From: Prasinococcaceae sp. CCMP 1430
Lineage: Eukaryota > Plantae > Prasinodermophyta
Direction of reading: 5' to 3'
Assembly: GCA_013416795.1 (NCBI GenBank)
Contig: RQSC01000019.1
Span: 191,993 to 255,992, forward strand
DNA length: 64,000 nt
Position numbers and translations under genes: made by a program. The notes under the pieces are model-generated. The model saw only the letters and a program-made list of their open reading frames with translations. It was not told the DNA's origin and made no database searches. Positions 59,940 to 64,000 of the stretch are shown in pieces; the first letter of the stretch is position 1, and every line of letters starts with the position of its first letter.

Positions 59940-61547
59940 ATGGTGTCGTTCCGGGAGGGCGCCGCGCAGCGGCAGCTGTGCTTCGACGCGCCCGCAAGCG
60001 TCGAGGGCGCGCACGGGCGCAGGCACGCGGGCAAGGCGACGCGCAGCGGCATCGGCCCAGAGCTCGTGCCCAGGGCAGATGCGAGCCAGCGGGAGGAATT
60101 TGCGGCGGCATATGGGGAGGAGCATGTCGATAAGGACACCGCCAGCGTGCTGGGGCCTGGCATGGTGCCCACGGCTGAGGGATCGCGCAGGGAGGAGTAC
60201 TTGAGCGTGTACGGGGAGCAGCACCTAGACAAAGACACCGCCAGCGTGCTGGGGCCTGGCATGGTGCCCACGGCTGAGGGATCGCGCAGGGAGGAGTACT
60301 TGAGCGTGTACGGGGAGCAGCACCTAGACAAAGACACCGCCAGCGTGCTGGGGCCTGGCATGGTGCCCCTGAGCTCCGAGGTGGTCGAGGCGAACAAGAA
60401 CGTTCTAAGCAAAATGGAGGGCGGGTGTGAGATCGTGCTCGCGATGCGCGCCAACGGCAGCTCGCCTCTGACTGACCCCATCGACAGCGCGACGGAGCGC
60501 CTGAGTGTTGCGAGCCTAGGCCGGGCCGAGGTGGGTGGCCCAATCTCCGAGTGGGAGCCTGAGGCGGGACCTGCACGTTCGACCGCCCAAGACGCGTATG
60601 GGCACGGCTCAGCGGACGTGCGCGGCTCTGGTTTACCGCGTCGTGGGCGGCCGGCTGGCGCGCGGCCTGGCAGCCATTGCGCGCCACGGCAGCGGCTCGA
60701 TCCAGCCTCGTTGCCAGCGGCAGGCCTGTCGCCGGCGGCGGCGCGTGCGCACTCGGCAGAGATGAGTGGCTATGACGTATCGCGGCAGCGCTGCCGGGAC
60801 GCCGCTGAGGAGCAGGTGCAGGAGCTGCTTTCACCCGCAGCGCGCGGCGTGCTCAGCCCGGACGCCTCCGGCCGGACGACCTCGCGTGCGTCTGCCTCGC
60901 AGCGCCAGTCGTCGACTCATCAGAACCTCGACCCAGCCTCGTTGCCAGCGGCAGGCCTGTCGCCGGCGGCGGCGCGTGCGCACTCGGCAGAGATGAGTGG
61001 CTATGACGTATCGCGGCAGCGCTGCCGGGACGCCGCTGAGGAGCAGGTGCAGGAGCTGCTTTCACCCGCAGCGCGCGGCGTGCTCAGCCCGGACGCCTCC
61101 GGCCGGACGACCTCGCGTGCGTCTGCCTCGCAGCGCCAGTCGTCGACGCATCAGACGTACGGCTGGCACTCGGGATACTACGCGCGGGCGGCGCGTTCGA
61201 ACATCGGTGTGTGGACTGGCGGCGACCATGTGCACGTGCTGCTGCCGCGACACGCCGCCGCGCCGTGCGAGGCAACGGCAGCCTTCGCCACTACGCGTGA
61301 CAACCAGCGCGAGGTGTGCGTGGCAGTCATGCAGGGCGCCCGCCCGCGCGCCTCGGAGAATGCGCTGATGCTCAACGCGGACGTGAGGGTACCTCCCGCG
61401 CCAGCGGGCGCGCAGCACGTGGAGATCACGCTGCGCCTCGACAAAGAGGAGCGATTACACGTCAGAGCGGGGGTCGCAGGTGCCACGAGCGACGCGCTAC
61501 TGTGGCGCGAGACCGCCGATGGCACGATGGTCCGGGTGCCAGGGTAG
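59940..61547 (+). CDS. Tandem-repeat protein with C-terminal Hsp70 substrate-binding (SBD-beta)-like domain and no ATPase domain
   Basis: LLPRH...P......F.T..DNQ..V.V.V.QG.R..ASEN...VPPAP.G...VEIT..LD....LHV.A parallels the DnaK SBD. Confidence 0.7.
   Translation: MVSFREGAAQRQLCFDAPASVEGAHGRRHAGKATRSGIGPELVPRADASQREEFAAAYGEEHVDKDTASVLGPGMVPTAEGSRREEYLSVYGEQHLDKDTASVLGPGMVPTAEGSRREEYLSVYGEQHLDKDTASVLGPGMVPLSSEVVEANKNVLSKMEGGCEIVLAMRANGSSPLTDPIDSATERLSVASLGRAEVGGPISEWEPEAGPARSTAQDAYGHGSADVRGSGLPRRGRPAGARPGSHCAPRQRLDPASLPAAGLSPAAARAHSAEMSGYDVSRQRCRDAAEEQVQELLSPAARGVLSPDASGRTTSRASASQRQSSTHQNLDPASLPAAGLSPAAARAHSAEMSGYDVSRQRCRDAAEEQVQELLSPAARGVLSPDASGRTTSRASASQRQSSTHQTYGWHSGYYARAARSNIGVWTGGDHVHVLLPRHAAAPCEATAAFATTRDNQREVCVAVMQGARPRASENALMLNADVRVPPAPAGAQHVEITLRLDKEERLHVRAGVAGATSDALLWRETADGTMVRVPG
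60036..60368 (+). repeat. 99-bp (33-aa) coding tandem repeat, ~3.4 copies
   Basis: DTASVLGPGMVP starts at 60135, 60234 and 60333; the first copy is diverged. Confidence 0.95.
60696..61155 (+). repeat. 231-bp (77-aa) coding tandem repeat, 2 near-identical copies
   Basis: LDPASLPAAGLSP...SSTHQ starts at 60696 and 60927. Confidence 0.95.
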
Positions 61548-61727
61548 GGGCAGTCTCGGGTGGCGGGCGCGCTCCAGTGCAGGCATGTCCGAGGTAATCC
61601 AATACAATTTATAAATGTCCTGGCGCTGTGATAACACGAATTCATGCATGGACGCGCCCCGGCAGCTGCTGGCGTCGCGGACCTCCGTGGGTGGCGCCGG
61701 CTGGGGCGCAGGGCAGTTGCCACCGCC

Positions 61728-62498
61728 TCACGACGGCGGTGCGAACTTCGGCACAATGGCCAGGGGGCCGGTGCTGTTGTCCAGCCTGATGGGGAGGATT
61801 TCCTGGTACGCGGCCGAAGCCTTCCATTCCAGGGCCTTTTCCACGGACGTGAAGCCCAAGATGATGCCAAGGTCGAAGTCTTCCTTCGTCGTGCGCTCGT
61901 GGTACGCGCCTCCACCCTTGGGGAAAATTGCGCGCATCACGTAGCCGCCGAAGCCGGCCAGAGTAGCGGGCAATTTGGGCGGGTATCCCATCATCGCAGG
62001 ATCGGTGATCTTGATGTACCCGCAGAGGAACGCCTGTGGATCCTCGATCATCGGCAGGCCGTCCGCCTCAGAATCGGCACCCTCCGCGACGATGAGTGGC
62101 CCCGTGCTCGCGTCGAGGCGCAGGTTGACGATTTCCTGGTACGCGGCCGAACTCTTCCACTCCATGGCCTTCTCGACGGAGTCGAACTCGAGCGCCACGA
62201 CGTAGGTGTAGTCGTCCGCGGTGGTGCGCTCGGCGTACGGGGCGGGACCCTGCGCGCATCGTGCAGCGGCGTCAGCAAGAGTCGGGGCAGAGGCAGTGGC
62301 AGGAGCCGTCGGCGCGGGGCGCATACGCCGCGCGCTGGCGACGGGCGAGCGCGCCGCGCGCACCTCTGGGAAGACGTGCTTGAGCAAGAGCTTGCCGCCG
62401 AAGGGGCCAAGCGTCGGCCCGAATTTGGAGACGTAGTCGCCGTGCATCTCGGGGTCGTGCACCTTGCCGAAAAGCAAGACGTACCCCTTGCGGCCCAT
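61728..62498 (-). CDS. Tandem DUF1330 (dimeric alpha-beta barrel) protein; intron 62250-62363; may extend upstream
   Basis: Two copies of the pattern FGG...(E/G)F.SVEKA.EWK.SAAYQEI...R. Confidence 0.75.
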   Translation of the reverse strand: MGRKGYVLLFGKVHDPEMHGDYVSKFGPTLGPFGGKLLLKHVFPEVRAARSPVASARRMRPAPTAPATASAPTLADAAARCAQGPAPYAERTTADDYTYVVALEFDSVEKAMEWKSSAAYQEIVNLRLDASTGPLIVAEGADSEADGLPMIEDPQAFLCGYIKITDPAMMGYPPKLPATLAGFGGYVMRAIFPKGGGAYHERTTKEDFDLGIILGFTSVEKALEWKASAAYQEILPIRLDNSTGPLAIVPKFAPPS

Positions 62499-62954
62499 GG
62501 TTGCAGGCAGGCGTGCAACGCTCTTACGTGAGGCTCTGCGAGATCCCGCGCGCGGCGTCTGGTGTGGCGCGACCTGCAGCGCGGCGCAGCAGCACGCCCG
62601 AGAAAGCAATCTGCCCGCCATCGGCGCTCGGGCGAAGCACGTGCGTGGGCCCGCGTTTGTGCTGCCCGCCCTCTCGCGCGATCCCCCCCCCCCCCGCGTC
62701 CACGCCCGGCACGCGCCCCGTGCGTGCGCGCGCCCGCTAACAACGGTAACCGCCGCGCGCGGCGCACCCCAACTGTAACCGATGCGCCGCCCCCTTTTCG
62801 CGCCCCGCGAAACCGCCCGCCGCACATCTCCGCGGTCGCGCGAGCCTTCGGCGCGTGCGAAATTCGGCGGTGGCGGCTGCGAAAAAAAAAGGATTCAGAA
62901 AGTCCCTATTTGACCTCAACCTAAATATCTTTGTGATTCAGACCCTGAGAGATC

Positions 62955-62982
62955 AAACCCTATTCTGAATGTAAAACCCTAA
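62955..62982 (+). promoter_or_regulatory. Two telo-box motifs (AAACCCTA) in the DUF1330/LST8 divergent promoter
   Basis: AAACCCTA at 62955-62962 and 62974-62981. Confidence 0.5.
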
Positions 62983-63258
62983 CATGCTCTCCCTCGCCCG
63001 GCCTCTGGCAGCGAGGCGGGCTCCACTGCGCGCGCGCGCGGCGCCCTTCTCTCCCCCACCGCCCGCACACCCACACACACGGCCCCTCGACCTGCGCCTG
63101 CCTGAGCCGCGGCGGCGGGGCCCGCCGCCGCCGCCGCCTCGCCCGTCGAACGTACCCACCCACCCCCCTCCTGTCCTTCGCCCACACGCTTGGGCCGGAA
63201 TCCGTACGTCCGCGCGCCCGCGCGAACGTACGCGCGCGCGCCCGTTGCTCGCCCAGCG

Positions 63259-64000
63259 ATGGATGAGCAGCCGGGCGCCGGCGGGGGCGGAGGGGGCGCG
63301 CAGGCGCAGGCGCCGCCGCCAGCCGCCGCGGGACAAAACGGCTACGCGCCGCACGCGCACGCGCACGCGCAGGAGCAGCACCAGGCGCAGGCGCAGGTGC
63401 AGCAGCAGCAGCAGATTCCGCCACCGCAGGTCCAGGCCGCGCAAGGCGCGCCGCCGCCCGCGCAGCCGCCGCCCACGGTGGTGCTCGCGACCGCCGGGTA
63501 CGACCACACCATAAAGTTCTGGGAGGCAACAACCGGCGTGTGTTACCGGACAGTGCAGTATCCAGACTCGCAGGTGAACAAGCTCGCGATCACGCCCGAC
63601 AAGACGCTGCTCGCCGCGGCGGGCAACCCACACGTGCGGCTCTTCGACGTGCTCTCGAGCGCGCCGCAGCCCGTGCGCGTGCTCGAGGGCCACACGGGCA
63701 ACGTGACCAGCGTGGGCTTCGAGGCTGACGCCAGATGGATGTACACGGGCTCTGAGGACGGCACCGTGCGCTTGTGGGACCTCCGTGCGCCTGGCTGCCA
63801 GCGCGAGTTCGTCTGCCGCGCGGCCGTCAACACCGTCGAGCTCCACCCGAGCCAGGGTGAGCTCATCTCGGGCGATGGCGCGGGCAACATCCGCGTGTGG
63901 GACCTCGCTCAGAACGCGTGTAGCTGCGAGCTCGTGCCCGAAGTTGATGTGCCCGTCTCGAGCGTCAGCGTCGCCTCGGACGGCTCGCTGGTCGTCGCGG
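63259..64000 (+). CDS. LST8: TOR complex subunit LST8 (WD40), 3' partial; absent from the ORF track
   Basis: [40 protein letters not shown]...[17 protein letters not shown]...ELISGD. Confidence 0.95.
   Translation, partial: MDEQPGAGGGGGGAQAQAPPPAAAGQNGYAPHAHAHAQEQHQAQAQVQQQQQIPPPQVQAAQGAPPPAQPPPTVVLATAGYDHTIKFWEATTGVCYRTVQYPDSQVNKLAITPDKTLLAAAGNPHVRLFDVLSSAPQPVRVLEGHTGNVTSVGFEADARWMYTGSEDGTVRLWDLRAPGCQREFVCRAAVNTVELHPSQGELISGDGAGNIRVWDLAQNACSCELVPEVDVPVSSVSVASDGSLVVA

Noticed and set aside
60036-60368. CRISPR-like array
   Set aside because: The intervening sequences are identical and the 99-bp period is in frame, so it is a coding tandem repeat.

Overview
Eukaryotic nuclear DNA, very GC- and CpG-rich, gene-dense, with spliceosomal introns (GTGCG donors, CTGAC/CTAAC branch points). 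Plastid-targeted enzymes, myosin XI and TGTAA-type 3' signals point to a green alga, probably prasinophyte-grade; the organism is my inference. About 27 protein genes are present: TRB-like telobox Myb, exostosin-like GT, GH27 alpha-galactosidase with a ShK insert, fibrillin, CFAP57, argH, plastid RPL10, CCDC112- and CCDC57-like, SAC3/LENG8-like, CXXC-PNUTS-like, STIL-like, TTC29-like, HNH, myosin XI, ARID-ELM2-SANT, hemC, HISN7, IleRS, rhodanese, Kelch, an Hsp70-SBD-only repeat protein, tandem DUF1330 and LST8. The assembly is a gappy draft: a 1.9 kb duplication spans an N gap, several first exons are missing, and two short bacterial fragments (boxC-like and a Sel1-repeat protein) sit in the 5' ends of algal genes. 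Best biological leads: a STIL-like protein among five centriole/cilia genes, a repeat protein carrying only the Hsp70 peptide-binding domain, a CXXC-PNUTS fusion, and a recurring intergenic motif plus telo-boxes. All family calls come from recognising motifs by eye; no searches were run.
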